From Erysipelotrichaceae bacterium OH741_COT-311 (GTDB lineage Bacteria > Bacillota_I > Bacilli_A > Erysipelotrichales > Erysipelotrichaceae), in assembly GCA_003858585.1 (NCBI GenBank), contig RQZE01000009.1, positions 43,356-75,355 of the forward strand: 32,000 nt of DNA. The letters are read 5' to 3'. The notes below the pieces were generated by a model. The model did no database searches, was not told the DNA's origin, and saw only the letters and a list, made by a program, of their open reading frames with translations. The position numbers and the translations under genes were made by a program. This document shows, piece by piece, positions 1-10,198 of the stretch. How positions within the stretch are numbered: position 1 is the first letter of the stretch; the number at the start of each line of letters is the position of its first letter.

Positions 1-518
1 ATGGTGAAAAAGGTATTCTAGAGCAAGATAAGCATGTAGCTGGTTATGCCCATGAAGCAGGTAAACCAATTATTATTGTATATAATAAATGGGATGCGGT
101 TGAAAAAGATGAAAAGACGATGAATCAAGTGATTGAGAAAATTAGAGCAGAATTTCTATATTTAGCTTATGCTCCTATCATCTTTGTTTCAGCAAAAACT
201 AAACAACGTGTAAATGATTTACTACCTTTAATTAATGAGGTATATCATTACTCTAATTTGCGTATTGCAACCAATATCTTAAATGAAGTGATATTAGACG
301 CACAATTGGTTACACCTGCACCGACACACAACGGGAAGCGTTTAAAAATCTATTATGCTTCTCAAGTTTCCACAGCTCCTCCAACCATCGTTTTATTTGT
401 CAATGATCCGGAATTAATGCATTTTTCATATCAAAGATATATTGAAAATCGTCTAAGAGAAGCATTTGGATTTGTTGGCACAATGATTAAAATATTAGCC
501 AGAAGGAAAGAAGGATAA
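1..518 (+). CDS. der: GTPase Der (EngA), C-terminal part; 5' end lies outside the window
   Basis: The frame of ORF 120..518 stays open back to nt 3. The upstream translation [39 protein letters not shown] contains the NKxD box of the second Der GTPase domain, followed by the KH-like C-terminal domain. der-gpsA adjacency is as in Bacillus. Confidence 0.9.
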   Translation, partial: GEKGILEQDKHVAGYAHEAGKPIIIVYNKWDAVEKDEKTMNQVIEKIRAEFLYLAYAPIIFVSAKTKQRVNDLLPLINEVYHYSNLRIATNILNEVILDAQLVTPAPTHNGKRLKIYYASQVSTAPPTIVLFVNDPELMHFSYQRYIENRLREAFGFVGTMIKILARRKEG

Positions 519-1507
519 TGAAAATTCGTGTTATAGGTAGTGGTAGTTGGGGGTGTGCATTAGCTCAAGTACTACAAGATAATCAACAAGAAGTATTAAT
601 TTATGGAATTGATCCGCAACAAGTTGAAGATATTAATGTAAATCATAAGAATAGTAAATTTTTTGAACATGTTATATTAAATAAAGATTTAAAGGCTACA
701 TCAAATTTTGATGATGTACTAGATGCAGATATTGTGTTACTAGCTGTACCTGTTATGGCAATCGAACACGTATGTTTGCAGTTAAAAGAAAAGCTTCAAC
801 ATCCAGTTATTGTTATTAATGTTGCAAAAGGGTTCCATCCAGAAAATCATCTGCGCTTGAGTGTTGTTATTAAATCTATTTTACAGGGTAAAGTGAAAGA
901 GGTAGTTTCTTTAATTGGTCCCTCACATGCGGAAGAAACGGTTCTAAGAATGCTTACATGCATCAATGCGGTATGTGAAAATGAAGAAGTTAGCAAAGAA
1001 ATTCAACAGTTATTTTCAAATGATTACTTTAGAGTGTATCGTCAAAGTGATGTAGTTGGAGCTGAAATTGGTGTAGCTATAAAAAATGTCATGGCAATTG
1101 CAAGTGGTATTATTGAAGGTCTTGGTGAAGGTGATAATGCTAAGGCGGCTTTAATGACAAGAGGTTTAGCTGAAATTACACGTTATGGATTAGCGCACGG
1201 AGCAAAAAGTGAGACTTATCTTGGATTGACAGGAGTAGGAGACTTAATTGTTACATGTACATCAAAACATTCTCGTAATTTTCAAGCCGGCTATCAAATT
1301 GGAAAAGAAGACAGTGCTGAAAACTTTATAAAAAATAACACTAAAACGGTCGAAGGTATTAAAAGCGCAAAAGCAGTTTATGAAGAAGCAAAAAAATTAA
1401 ATATTTCAATGCCAATTACCGAGCAGGTATATCGTGTATTGTATGAAAATGAAAAACCGTCAAATACAATTAAATTACTGATGAAACGTGATTTAAAGGC
1501 TGAATAA
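518..1507 (+). CDS. gpsA: NAD(P)H-dependent glycerol-3-phosphate dehydrogenase
   Basis: N-terminal Rossmann motif IGSGSWGCALAQVL and the conserved GDLIVTCTSKHSRN motif. The start overlaps the der stop (TAATG). Confidence 0.95.
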   Translation: MKIRVIGSGSWGCALAQVLQDNQQEVLIYGIDPQQVEDINVNHKNSKFFEHVILNKDLKATSNFDDVLDADIVLLAVPVMAIEHVCLQLKEKLQHPVIVINVAKGFHPENHLRLSVVIKSILQGKVKEVVSLIGPSHAEETVLRMLTCINAVCENEEVSKEIQQLFSNDYFRVYRQSDVVGAEIGVAIKNVMAIASGIIEGLGEGDNAKAALMTRGLAEITRYGLAHGAKSETYLGLTGVGDLIVTCTSKHSRNFQAGYQIGKEDSAENFIKNNTKTVEGIKSAKAVYEEAKKLNISMPITEQVYRVLYENEKPSNTIKLLMKRDLKAE

Positions 1508-1512
1508 ATTAA

Positions 1513-1547
1513 AAAGAACTTGTAGAATTACAAGTTCTTTTATTTAT
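1513..1547. terminator. Bidirectional rho-independent terminator between convergent gpsA and the PBP gene
   Basis: Perfect 12-bp stem AAAGAACTTGTA (1513-1524) / TACAAGTTCTTT (1529-1540) with a GAAT loop. It has an A-run upstream and a T-rich tract downstream. Confidence 0.7.
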
Positions 1548-4012
1548 CGAATTTTTGTACACTTTTCACCGCTTGTTGCACCATTATCATAGTAGAAGTA
1601 CCCACAAACTTTTAAGTTCGATGTGCCTAATGATGGATCATACCAACCATAGAAGGAAGCAGAATCTGAAGTGAAGTCTTGTACAACTCCTCCATTGACA
1701 TAAAGACGTCCAACAAAATGTGGTGTTCCTAATGCCCATGAATAATCAAACAGTACATTTCCAACAGCAGTGACTGTTTTTCCATCTACAGTTAAACTTA
1801 AGTCTTTTACTAATTGACCATTTTCATTATAGTAAGGGAATCCAGCCCAATTGACTGTAAAATTACCTTCATCATCTGCCCAACCACTAATACCATCTAA
1901 AGATGTTTTAGGAGTAGCAGCATACACACTTTCTGTTTTATTAAATTCATCTTTTACAAGACCACTTACTTGTGTTCCAACATCACCATGTGCATAAGGG
2001 AATGTTCCTTGGATATGGTTAATGGTAGATAGACCTTCAGGACGCTCAACGGCTTTTGGCTTTTCTTTTCCTTCATGTATTTTATCTAAAAGTAATTTAA
2101 TGATACGACCTTTAAGATTATAGTTTAAATCAGAAAGTAGTAAATATGTTTGTTGATCTTTAATGCCTCGATCAAACCCTAGCCATACCGTTGCGGTATA
2201 TTGGCTAGAAGAAGCGGTCATCCATGTATCTTTGGCTTGTCCTATTGGGATGTTGTATGGTTCTCCGTCTTTTGCCCAATCGGTTGTGCCGGTTTTTCCA
2301 TAGATCGGATAATCACGCTTTAATAACTGCATATAGTTTCTAAATGGACCACTTACTGCATATTCGGTAGTAATATCTGTAAGATATGCAGCAGCTGGAC
2401 TAATAACTTGACGAGATGCATATTCAGGAGTCAAAATATCTCCATTTGAAAGTTTAATATATTTAATGGTATGAGGTTCATTATATGTACCAAGATTAAT
2501 CATTGTAGCATGTGCATTAGCAAGTTCTAGTGGACTAACTAAGAAACTAGAACCTCCAATGGCATAGGATATATCAAATAAATCTGTTGTTACTTTGGAA
2601 AATCCTAAGTTATTTAAGTATTTAACAACTTCTTCTTTTCCAATTTCACTAATAACATCTTGTAATGTTAAAATAGCAGGAGTATTTAAAGATTTCCCAA
2701 TGGCATCTTTTAAGGTTAAGTCACCTTCATATCGTCCACTAAAGTTTTTAATAATCTTATTGGTACCACGATAGTGGATTGGTTTATCCGTTACGACATG
2801 ACTTGTTGCATAACCTAAGTGTTCAAACGCTAAAGCATAAGATAATATTGGTTTTACACTTGAACCGGGTTGAATGAATGATTGTGTAGCTCGATTAAAT
2901 AAACGTTCACCTTCTTGATAACGACCACCACCTAAGGCAACAATTTCACCTGTTTGATTGTTTAAAACAACGGTTGCAACTTGCATTAAGTCGTTAGTAA
3001 ATTCAGCTTCTTCTACCACATTATTTTGAATTTGATGAATGAGCTCTTGAGTAGGTAGATCTAAATGCGTATAGATTTTCATAGGTGTATCGTATGGATT
3101 CATACCTGTTTTCGTTTTTACTTCTTCAATGACTGCATCAATATAGGATTGATATGCATCATTGGCAATTTTTAAAGAAGTAGAATTGTTACTCAATAAA
3201 TCTTCAACTTTAATACTTTTAGCAAGTTCACATTGTTTATCGTCGATATAACCATGATAGTTCATTAAATCTAATACTTTATTTCTTCGTTTTGTAGCTT
3301 CATCTAAACGATTATAAGGGTTATATACATTTGGTAAATTTACGATACCAGCAAGCATTGCGGATTCTGATAATGTTAATTCTTTAACACTTTTATTAAA
3401 ATAATATTGCGCAGCCTTTTCAATGCCTCGAATATTTGCGCCAAAATTCACTTTATTTAAGTAAAGCATTAAAATTTCTTCTTTATTTGAAATTTTTTCT
3501 AAATGATAAGCTAAATAAATTTCTTGTACTTTGCGATCAATGGATTTGATGGCAATAGTTGATTTTCCATCGTTATCAACTTGGAAGTATGTATTTTTTA
3601 CAAGTTGCATGGTGAAGGTGGAACCACCTTGTCCAAAACTTCTTGTTTTAATATTGGATAAAAAAGCTTTGAAGAAACGTGGAATATCAAATCCATTATG
3701 TTCAAAAAAACGAGAATCTTCAATGGAAATAAATGCATCAATTAAACTTTGTGGTAATTGATCATACGTAACGTTTTCTCTAAGATATAATCCAAGTTCA
3801 GTTATGACATTGCCTTGAGAATCATAAATAATGGAAGAATCTCCAGAATAGAAATCGACAATACTTAATGCAGGTGCTTGTTTGATAATATCAAGCCCTT
3901 TTTTCACTACAATTGTTGAAATAATAATGCCGACTATAATGATACCCCAAACAATAGATAAAATAATTTTAGAAAGTATGGATTTATACTTTTTATTCTT
4001 TTTTCTAGTCAT
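1544..4012 (-). CDS. Class A (bifunctional) penicillin-binding protein, glycosyltransferase plus transpeptidase, with an extra C-terminal domain
   Basis: N-terminal TM anchor. GT51 motifs EDSRFFEHNGFD, GGSTFTMQLVKN and RKVQEIYLAYHLEK. Transpeptidase motifs SSVK (SxxK), SLN (SxN) and KTGTT. Confidence 0.93.
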   Translation of the reverse strand: MTRKKNKKYKSILSKIILSIVWGIIIVGIIISTIVVKKGLDIIKQAPALSIVDFYSGDSSIIYDSQGNVITELGLYLRENVTYDQLPQSLIDAFISIEDSRFFEHNGFDIPRFFKAFLSNIKTRSFGQGGSTFTMQLVKNTYFQVDNDGKSTIAIKSIDRKVQEIYLAYHLEKISNKEEILMLYLNKVNFGANIRGIEKAAQYYFNKSVKELTLSESAMLAGIVNLPNVYNPYNRLDEATKRRNKVLDLMNYHGYIDDKQCELAKSIKVEDLLSNNSTSLKIANDAYQSYIDAVIEEVKTKTGMNPYDTPMKIYTHLDLPTQELIHQIQNNVVEEAEFTNDLMQVATVVLNNQTGEIVALGGGRYQEGERLFNRATQSFIQPGSSVKPILSYALAFEHLGYATSHVVTDKPIHYRGTNKIIKNFSGRYEGDLTLKDAIGKSLNTPAILTLQDVISEIGKEEVVKYLNNLGFSKVTTDLFDISYAIGGSSFLVSPLELANAHATMINLGTYNEPHTIKYIKLSNGDILTPEYASRQVISPAAAYLTDITTEYAVSGPFRNYMQLLKRDYPIYGKTGTTDWAKDGEPYNIPIGQAKDTWMTASSSQYTATVWLGFDRGIKDQQTYLLLSDLNYNLKGRIIKLLLDKIHEGKEKPKAVERPEGLSTINHIQGTFPYAHGDVGTQVSGLVKDEFNKTESVYAATPKTSLDGISGWADDEGNFTVNWAGFPYYNENGQLVKDLSLTVDGKTVTAVGNVLFDYSWALGTPHFVGRLYVNGGVVQDFTSDSASFYGWYDPSLGTSNLKVCGYFYYDNGATSGEKCTKIR

Positions 4013-4037
4013 AAAAAATCCTTTCTATAACATTAAT

Positions 4038-4046
4038 ATTTTATCA
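4038..4046 (-). promoter_or_regulatory. Candidate extended -10 promoter element (TGaTAAAAT) for the PBP gene
   Basis: The minus strand reads TGATAAAAT about 25 nt upstream of the PBP start. No convincing -35 was seen. Confidence 0.35.
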
Positions 4047-4054
4047 CATAAATG

Positions 4055-4077
4055 AAAAAAATGAGAGAAATCTCTCA
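4055..4077 (-). terminator. Candidate rho-independent terminator after the DegV gene
   Basis: On the minus strand a 6-bp stem TGAGAG / CTCTCA with a 4-nt loop is followed by a T7 run. The stem includes the degV stop codon. The stem is short, so this call is weak. Confidence 0.4.
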
Positions 4078-4926
4078 CTTTGCTGGTTTAAAATATTGAA
4101 TACCAATACATCCAATTCCGGTATGCACAGCAATTGGAGCATATAGTTCTATGATTTCTACTTTTAAGTCATGGAACATATGTAATATTTTTTCTTTTAA
4201 TATGATTGCACTTTCCATAGCATCAACATGTGCAATAAATACTTTATAACTTTTATCCACAAAGTCTTTTTTCATCTTTTCTACAGCAAGATCCATCGCT
4301 TTTGAAAGAGTACGCACCTTATCTACTACATCGACTTTTCCAAGAGTACTTTTATTTAGACTAAGGATAGGTTTAATTTTTAAAAAAGATGCTAGAGTAG
4401 CTGCAAATGTTGTTAATCGTCCACTACGTTTTAAATGACTTAAATCATCAGGGATTAAAATGGTATTGCAACTTTCAATGGTGCTTTGAATATTTGAAAG
4501 TGCCTCATCTAAGCTACCGCCTTGATCTGTAAATTGTTTTAAATATAAAATGATATGTTCTTGTACATAAGCAGCTACATAAGTATCAATCATTGTAATA
4601 GGCATTTCAAGTTGATTTGCAATCATTTCAATCGCATCATAAGTACCCGATAAGCCTTTTGACATTGGAACTGCCACAATATGTGTATAGCCTTCTTCTT
4701 TTATATGTGAAATGGTTTCTTCAATGATTCCAAGAGGTGGAAGTGAAGTTTTGATGACTTTTTCCTTTTTTAAGTTTGTTAAAATATCGTTGATAGAACA
4801 TTCTTCGATGTCTAGATAATTTTGATTTTCAATCATGATTTGAAGCGGCAAAGAGAAAATTCCGTGGTCTTTCATTTCTTGGATTGATTTACCAGTCCCA
4901 CTGTCTGTTAAAAACGCAATTTTCAT
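4075..4926 (-). CDS. DegV family fatty-acid-binding protein
   Basis: Typical DegV N-terminus MKIAFLTDSGTG, a length of about 280 aa, and overall DegV-like pattern. Confidence 0.88.
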   Translation of the reverse strand: MKIAFLTDSGTGKSIQEMKDHGIFSLPLQIMIENQNYLDIEECSINDILTNLKKEKVIKTSLPPLGIIEETISHIKEEGYTHIVAVPMSKGLSGTYDAIEMIANQLEMPITMIDTYVAAYVQEHIILYLKQFTDQGGSLDEALSNIQSTIESCNTILIPDDLSHLKRSGRLTTFAATLASFLKIKPILSLNKSTLGKVDVVDKVRTLSKAMDLAVEKMKKDFVDKSYKVFIAHVDAMESAIILKEKILHMFHDLKVEIIELYAPIAVHTGIGCIGIQYFKPAK

Positions 4927-4982
4927 AAATATGTCCTCCGAGTCTAATTTTAGTATATTATTAAATTAAAGTAAACAAATTA

Positions 4983-4991
4983 TGTTAAAAT
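4983..4991 (+). promoter_or_regulatory. Candidate extended -10 element (TGtTAAAAT) upstream of dnaE
   Basis: TGTTAAAAT lies 21 nt before the dnaE ATG. The -35 is poor. Confidence 0.3.
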
Positions 4992-5011
4992 AAAACTGAA
5001 AGGCAGAGTAT

Positions 5012-8000
5012 ATGACAGTACATTTACATACAAGATCTTCTTATTCTTTACTGCAAAGTCCAATTAAAATTGATGATTTAATAGCGTTTGCAAATGCACA
5101 TGAAATCAAGACTTTGGCTTTAACTGATTACAAATCGATGCATGGTGTCATGCATTTTAATAAAGAATGTTTAAAACATGGTATTAAACCTATTTTTGGG
5201 TTGGAATTAGATATTGAAATTGATCAATTGCTATCTAAAGTACTTTTGATCGCGAAAGATGTTAAAGGATATTTTAACTTGGTTGCCTTATCTTCTATTA
5301 TTAGTGTACAACAACAAGTTCTTACTATAGAAGCGTTAAAAAAACATTTGGATGGATGTTTTTTCATTGTGTATGGAGAAGGTGGATATTTTGAACATTT
5401 TTTTCATAATTATCAGTATGAAAAGGGACTTAAGCAGCTACAAAGTCAAATTCAAGATTTTATTGTAGCTATTTCTTATAATGATGCTTCTTATTTTAAA
5501 AATCATAACCAAGCTTTAAAAAAAGTATGTCAAAGTTATGATGTTAAGACAGTTGCTTTATCAAAAGTATATTATTTACAGGAAGAAGACTATTCGTTAT
5601 ATCATGTATTAAATGCTTTAAGAAATAATAAAACCATTCACGATCAAACCCTAACAAGTGAAAAGGGACGTTATTTTCGTTTGGATAAAGAAATGGAGCT
5701 TTTATATGATAAAGATGATTTATTATACAGTGACTATTTAGCAAGTCAGTGTCATGTAGAGTTGCCAAAACATATTACACAGCTACCGAAATTTCCTACA
5801 AAAAATCATAATAGTAAAGAATATTTAATTGAACTATGCAAAGTTGGATTAAGAAAACGATTAGATAATCAATTACGTAAAGACTATGTTACTAGATTAA
5901 AAAAAGAATTAGATGTTATTTGTTCCATGGGTTTTGAAGATTATTTTTTAATTGTATATGATTTTATCCGTTATGCAAGAAGTCAGAAAATCTATGTAGG
6001 CCCAGGTCGAGGGAGTGCAGCTGGATCATTGGTTGCTTATTGCTTGGGCATTACACATATTGATCCTATAAAATATCATTTACTTTTTGAACGTTTTTTA
6101 AATCCAAAACGTATTAGTATGCCTGATATTGATGTTGATTTTCCGGATAATCGTAGAGAAGAAGTCATACAGTATGTCATTGATAAGTATGGATACGAAC
6201 ACATAGGTCATATTGTTACATTTAATACATTAGCTTGTAAACAAGCTTTAAAAGATGTAGGACGTGTCTTAGAAATACCATTAAGAGAAATGGAAAGTAT
6301 TACAAGAGTAGTTCCAAATACACTAAAAGTAACTTTAACCGGTGCTTATCAAGAATCATCAAAATTTAAACAACTGATTGATTCTAATAAAAAATATCAA
6401 GAATTATTTCGTATTGCTTTAAAATTAGAAGGTCTGCCACGTCATGTTTCTACGCATGCTGCGGGTATTGTTATCAGTATGAAACCGCTTGACCAAGTGA
6501 TACCAATTATGAAGTATGACAATATGATTACAACTCAATATACGATGGAATATTTAGAAGAGTTGGGCTTGATTAAAATGGATTTTTTAGGCTTAAGAAA
6601 CTTAACAATTATTGATGAAATTGTAGGTAATATTCAAAAACATCATCCATTTGATTTGTTCCACATTGATTTACATGATAAAAAAACATATGAAATGATA
6701 CAAAAAGGAGATACTTTGGGTGTTTTTCAATTGGAAAGTGATGGAATGGTTGCCTTACTTAAAAAGTTAAAGCCAGAAGTATTTGAAGATATTGCCTGTA
6801 CAATAGCGTTATTCCGTCCAGGTCCAATGCAAAATATACCTTTATATTTACAACACCGTCAAAATAAAAAAGACATTGAATACTTACACAAAGATTTAAT
6901 ACCTATTTTAAAAGAAACATACGGCATTATCGTGTATCAAGAACAAATTATGCAAATATCAGTGAAAATGGCTAATTTTTCACTTGCGAAAGCCGATATT
7001 TTAAGAAAAGCTATGAGTAAAAAGAATTATCAAGAAATTGAATCTATGAAAGGTTCTTTCATTGAAGGTTGTGTTGACAATGGCTATCCACTTGAATTAG
7101 CGCAGGAACTTTTCGATTTAATTTTAAGATTTGCAGAATATGGTTTTAATAAATCGCATTCGGTTGCCTACGGTTTAATTTCTTATCAAATGGCTTATTT
7201 GAAGGCAAATTATCCATTGTTTTTCTATCAATCTTTATTAAATAGTGTGATTGGATCAGATATTAAGACCAGTGAATACATTTTCCAATTTAAAGCGAAT
7301 GGGTATCAAATGTTACCTCCATCAATCAATGATAGTCAAGCTGTTTATATCATAGAACAACATGCATTGCGTTTTCCGTTATTGGCGATAAAAAATGTTG
7401 GAAATGCTGTTGTTACAACATTAGTGACACATCGTAAAGAGTATGGAGTATTTAAAGATTACTTTGATTTTGTTGTTCGAGCATCCAGTTTGAAAATAAA
7501 TCGTAAAATCATAGAGTCTTTGATTGATGCCGGAGCACTTGATGAGTTTAAAATTGCACGTTGTGATATGTTAGCTTCTTTAGAAGAGGCTTTAAAATAT
7601 GCTGATTTAGTTAAAATACAGGTCGATGGACAAATTCAAATCAATATGAATTTAGTATCGAAACCCTTACTTACAAAAGGTGTATATGATGAAGTAAAAA
7701 CATTAAATCGAGAAAAAGAGGTTTTAGGATTTTATTTTTCGGTTCATCCTATTAAGAAATTACGTGATAAACATCATATTCAATATCCGCTTCTAGCTAC
7801 TTTGAGCACTCATTTTGGATATGTAAATGGGTTTGGTCATATTGTAAAGGTTAAACAACATCGTACTAAAAAAGGTGATTTAATGGCTTTTGTTGGTATT
7901 AATGATGAATCGTATGAAATGGATTTAGTGATTATGCCAAATATATACCAAAAGTATAGTGATTGTATTCAAAAAGGAAATTATATCGTATTTAGTGGTA

Positions 8001-8053
8001 AAATAGAAAAAGAAGCATCATGCTTAGTGAATAAATTGTTGCGAATAGAATAG
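5012..8053 (+). CDS. dnaE: DNA polymerase III alpha subunit, DnaE type
   Basis: PHP domain start HLHTRSSYSLLQS and polymerase core motifs GPGRGSAAGSLVAYCLGITHIDP and MPDIDVDF. There is a C-terminal OB-fold region. The length is 1013 aa. Confidence 0.95.
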   Translation: MTVHLHTRSSYSLLQSPIKIDDLIAFANAHEIKTLALTDYKSMHGVMHFNKECLKHGIKPIFGLELDIEIDQLLSKVLLIAKDVKGYFNLVALSSIISVQQQVLTIEALKKHLDGCFFIVYGEGGYFEHFFHNYQYEKGLKQLQSQIQDFIVAISYNDASYFKNHNQALKKVCQSYDVKTVALSKVYYLQEEDYSLYHVLNALRNNKTIHDQTLTSEKGRYFRLDKEMELLYDKDDLLYSDYLASQCHVELPKHITQLPKFPTKNHNSKEYLIELCKVGLRKRLDNQLRKDYVTRLKKELDVICSMGFEDYFLIVYDFIRYARSQKIYVGPGRGSAAGSLVAYCLGITHIDPIKYHLLFERFLNPKRISMPDIDVDFPDNRREEVIQYVIDKYGYEHIGHIVTFNTLACKQALKDVGRVLEIPLREMESITRVVPNTLKVTLTGAYQESSKFKQLIDSNKKYQELFRIALKLEGLPRHVSTHAAGIVISMKPLDQVIPIMKYDNMITTQYTMEYLEELGLIKMDFLGLRNLTIIDEIVGNIQKHHPFDLFHIDLHDKKTYEMIQKGDTLGVFQLESDGMVALLKKLKPEVFEDIACTIALFRPGPMQNIPLYLQHRQNKKDIEYLHKDLIPILKETYGIIVYQEQIMQISVKMANFSLAKADILRKAMSKKNYQEIESMKGSFIEGCVDNGYPLELAQELFDLILRFAEYGFNKSHSVAYGLISYQMAYLKANYPLFFYQSLLNSVIGSDIKTSEYIFQFKANGYQMLPPSINDSQAVYIIEQHALRFPLLAIKNVGNAVVTTLVTHRKEYGVFKDYFDFVVRASSLKINRKIIESLIDAGALDEFKIARCDMLASLEEALKYADLVKIQVDGQIQINMNLVSKPLLTKGVYDEVKTLNREKEVLGFYFSVHPIKKLRDKHHIQYPLLATLSTHFGYVNGFGHIVKVKQHRTKKGDLMAFVGINDESYEMDLVIMPNIYQKYSDCIQKGNYIVFSGKIEKEASCLVNKLLRIE

Positions 8054-8061
8054 GAGTAAGT

Positions 8062-8724
8062 ATGTATAAATTGTTAATTGTGGATGATGAAGATAAAATT
8101 AGAGAAGTTGTTTCAGAATATGCCTTAATCAACAACTATGAAATTTTTGAAGCTAGTGATGGTTTACAAGCGATTAATATGGTAACGGAACATGACTTTG
8201 ATTGTGTGATTTTAGATATTATGATGCCTAAGTTGGATGGTTTTAGTGCTTGTAAACAAATTAAAAAGATTAAGAATGTTCCTATTATTATGCTTAGTGC
8301 CCGTCAAGAAGAATATGATAAACTCTTTGGATTTGAGCTTGGAGTTGATGATTATGTGGTGAAACCATTTTCGCCAAAAGAATTAATGGCTCGAGTAAAA
8401 GTTGTGATTGATCGTTTTAAAGGTCCGGAAAGTCAAATTTTAAAGTTTAAAGGATTAACCATTGATGTTGATGGGCGTAGTGTTTATGTCGATGGGGAAA
8501 AAGCACAATTAACACCGAAGGAAATTGATTTACTGTTATATATGGTAAAAAACAAAAATATAGCTTTGTCACGTGATAAGTTACTACAAGAAGTATGGGA
8601 TTATAATTATTATGGTGATGATCGTACAGTTGATACACATATTAAAATGTTACGTCATAACTTAAAAGAATATCGTGATTTCATTGTTACAGTAAGAGCG
8701 GTGGGTTACAAATTTGAAGTTTAA
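8062..8724 (+). CDS. OmpR/PhoB-family two-component response regulator
   Basis: Receiver domain (DDE..., phospho-acceptor context CVILDIMMPKLDG, KPF) plus a winged-helix C-terminus (RTVDTHIKMLRHNL, VRAVGYKF). The SD sequence AGGAG lies upstream. Confidence 0.9.
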   Translation: MYKLLIVDDEDKIREVVSEYALINNYEIFEASDGLQAINMVTEHDFDCVILDIMMPKLDGFSACKQIKKIKNVPIIMLSARQEEYDKLFGFELGVDDYVVKPFSPKELMARVKVVIDRFKGPESQILKFKGLTIDVDGRSVYVDGEKAQLTPKEIDLLLYMVKNKNIALSRDKLLQEVWDYNYYGDDRTVDTHIKMLRHNLKEYRDFIVTVRAVGYKFEV

Positions 8725-10174
8725 TTTTAAAGGAGTTCGTTTTAAAATATTTATATCCTTTTTTCTATTTTCCTTGGGAATTGTTTTTCTATTAGGGGTT
8801 CTTCAAGTGTTTTTAATTCGCCCTTATTATCGCAATAATAAATTAGAATCCATTAAAACACTTAGTTATTCTTTAGAGAAATATATTATAGACAATGATT
8901 ATATTGTGGATGCAGATTTAGAAAAAGCTTTACAGATTACGATAAATAATAATGCATGTAGTGTATTATTTAATCAACATGGTCATGTTATTTATTCTTC
9001 CGATTCAATCGGTGCTCAGTGTTTATTGAAACGTAGTATTAAACTTGATGATGTAGATGTAGTACCAATGAAAAATGGTTCTTATATGATTGAAAAACTA
9101 GCGAATGCATCCGAGTATGAAGTGATTGTAAGTAGCCAAATTAATGATTTGGAAAGTATTATTTATGGTCAAAAAATTGATTCCAATTTAGGTACATATT
9201 ATTTATTTGTAAATAGTCCCTTAGAGCCTATTGAATCTGTGGTACGTTTTGTTTTAAATCAATATTATTTATTTACAAGTTTTATTTTAATCTTATCATT
9301 AGCTATTTCATTATATTTGGCTTCTAAGATTTCACATCCGTTAATCAAAATGAAAAATGAGGCTGTTAAATTAGCGCATGGTAATTATGATACAACTTTT
9401 GTGGGTAGTGGTTATAGTGAAGTGAATGAATTAGCGAATACCTTAAATGATGCGAAAGATAAGTTGAGTAAAATTGATGAGTTACGTCGAGATTTAATTG
9501 CGAATGTATCGCATGATTTAAAAACACCTTTAACGATGATTAAAGCTTATGCAGAGATGATTTTAGATATTTCAGGTGATAAAAAAGAAAAGCGTGAAGA
9601 ACATCTCAATGTCATTATTAAAGAAGTAAATTATTTAGACAATTTAATCAAGGATATGCAAGAATTATCTAAGATGCAGGCTGGGTATATTGTATTAAAT
9701 AAATATAATTTTGATCTAAGTTCTAAAGTTCTGGAAGTTATTCACCTTTTTGATGTTATGATTCATGAAAAGTCATTTGAAGTCGAACTAAATGTTCAGC
9801 CAGATGTCTTTGTGTATGCAGATGAAGTAAAAATTGGGCAAGTTATTTATAATTTTATTTCAAATGCATTTAAAAATTCAGATGATCATACCAAGGTAAT
9901 CATTAACTTAACTGCTAATGAAGATTTTACTCGTTTTGAGGTTGTGGACCAAGGAAGTGGTATCAAAGAAGAAGATTTACCTTATATTTGGGATCGTTAC
10001 TATAAAATAGAAAAGAAGTTTATTCGTAATCATCAAGGTACAGGGTTAGGTTTGGCGATTGTGAAAGCCATTCTTGATGCACATAACATCGCTTATGGAG
10101 TAGAAAGTGAATATGGAAAAGGATCTATTTTTTACTTTAAAATATCTAACTATTATGATGAAAATGATTTATAA
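8714..10174 (+). CDS. Sensor histidine kinase (two TM segments, extracytoplasmic sensor domain, HAMP, HisKA, HATPase_c)
   Basis: H-box SHDLKTPLT, N-box ISNAFKNS, G1 DQGSGI and G2 GTGLGLAIVK. The TTG start has GGTGGG 8 nt upstream and overlaps the regulator gene by 11 nt. Confidence 0.88.
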   Translation: MKFNFKGVRFKIFISFFLFSLGIVFLLGVLQVFLIRPYYRNNKLESIKTLSYSLEKYIIDNDYIVDADLEKALQITINNNACSVLFNQHGHVIYSSDSIGAQCLLKRSIKLDDVDVVPMKNGSYMIEKLANASEYEVIVSSQINDLESIIYGQKIDSNLGTYYLFVNSPLEPIESVVRFVLNQYYLFTSFILILSLAISLYLASKISHPLIKMKNEAVKLAHGNYDTTFVGSGYSEVNELANTLNDAKDKLSKIDELRRDLIANVSHDLKTPLTMIKAYAEMILDISGDKKEKREEHLNVIIKEVNYLDNLIKDMQELSKMQAGYIVLNKYNFDLSSKVLEVIHLFDVMIHEKSFEVELNVQPDVFVYADEVKIGQVIYNFISNAFKNSDDHTKVIINLTANEDFTRFEVVDQGSGIKEEDLPYIWDRYYKIEKKFIRNHQGTGLGLAIVKAILDAHNIAYGVESEYGKGSIFYFKISNYYDENDL

Positions 10175-10198
10175 TAAAATTAAATTAGGAGGTATATT

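Noticed and set aside
3531-3761. A 76-aa plus-strand ORF lies inside the PBP gene.
   Set aside because: It is fully nested antisense in a motif-supported 822-aa CDS, with no SD and no recognisable protein pattern.
5544-5768. A 74-aa minus-strand ORF lies inside dnaE.
   Set aside because: It is nested antisense in dnaE, with no SD and no recognisable features.
8447-8638. A 63-aa minus-strand ORF lies inside the response-regulator gene.
   Set aside because: It is nested antisense with an implausible composition (His/Leu/Tyr-rich).
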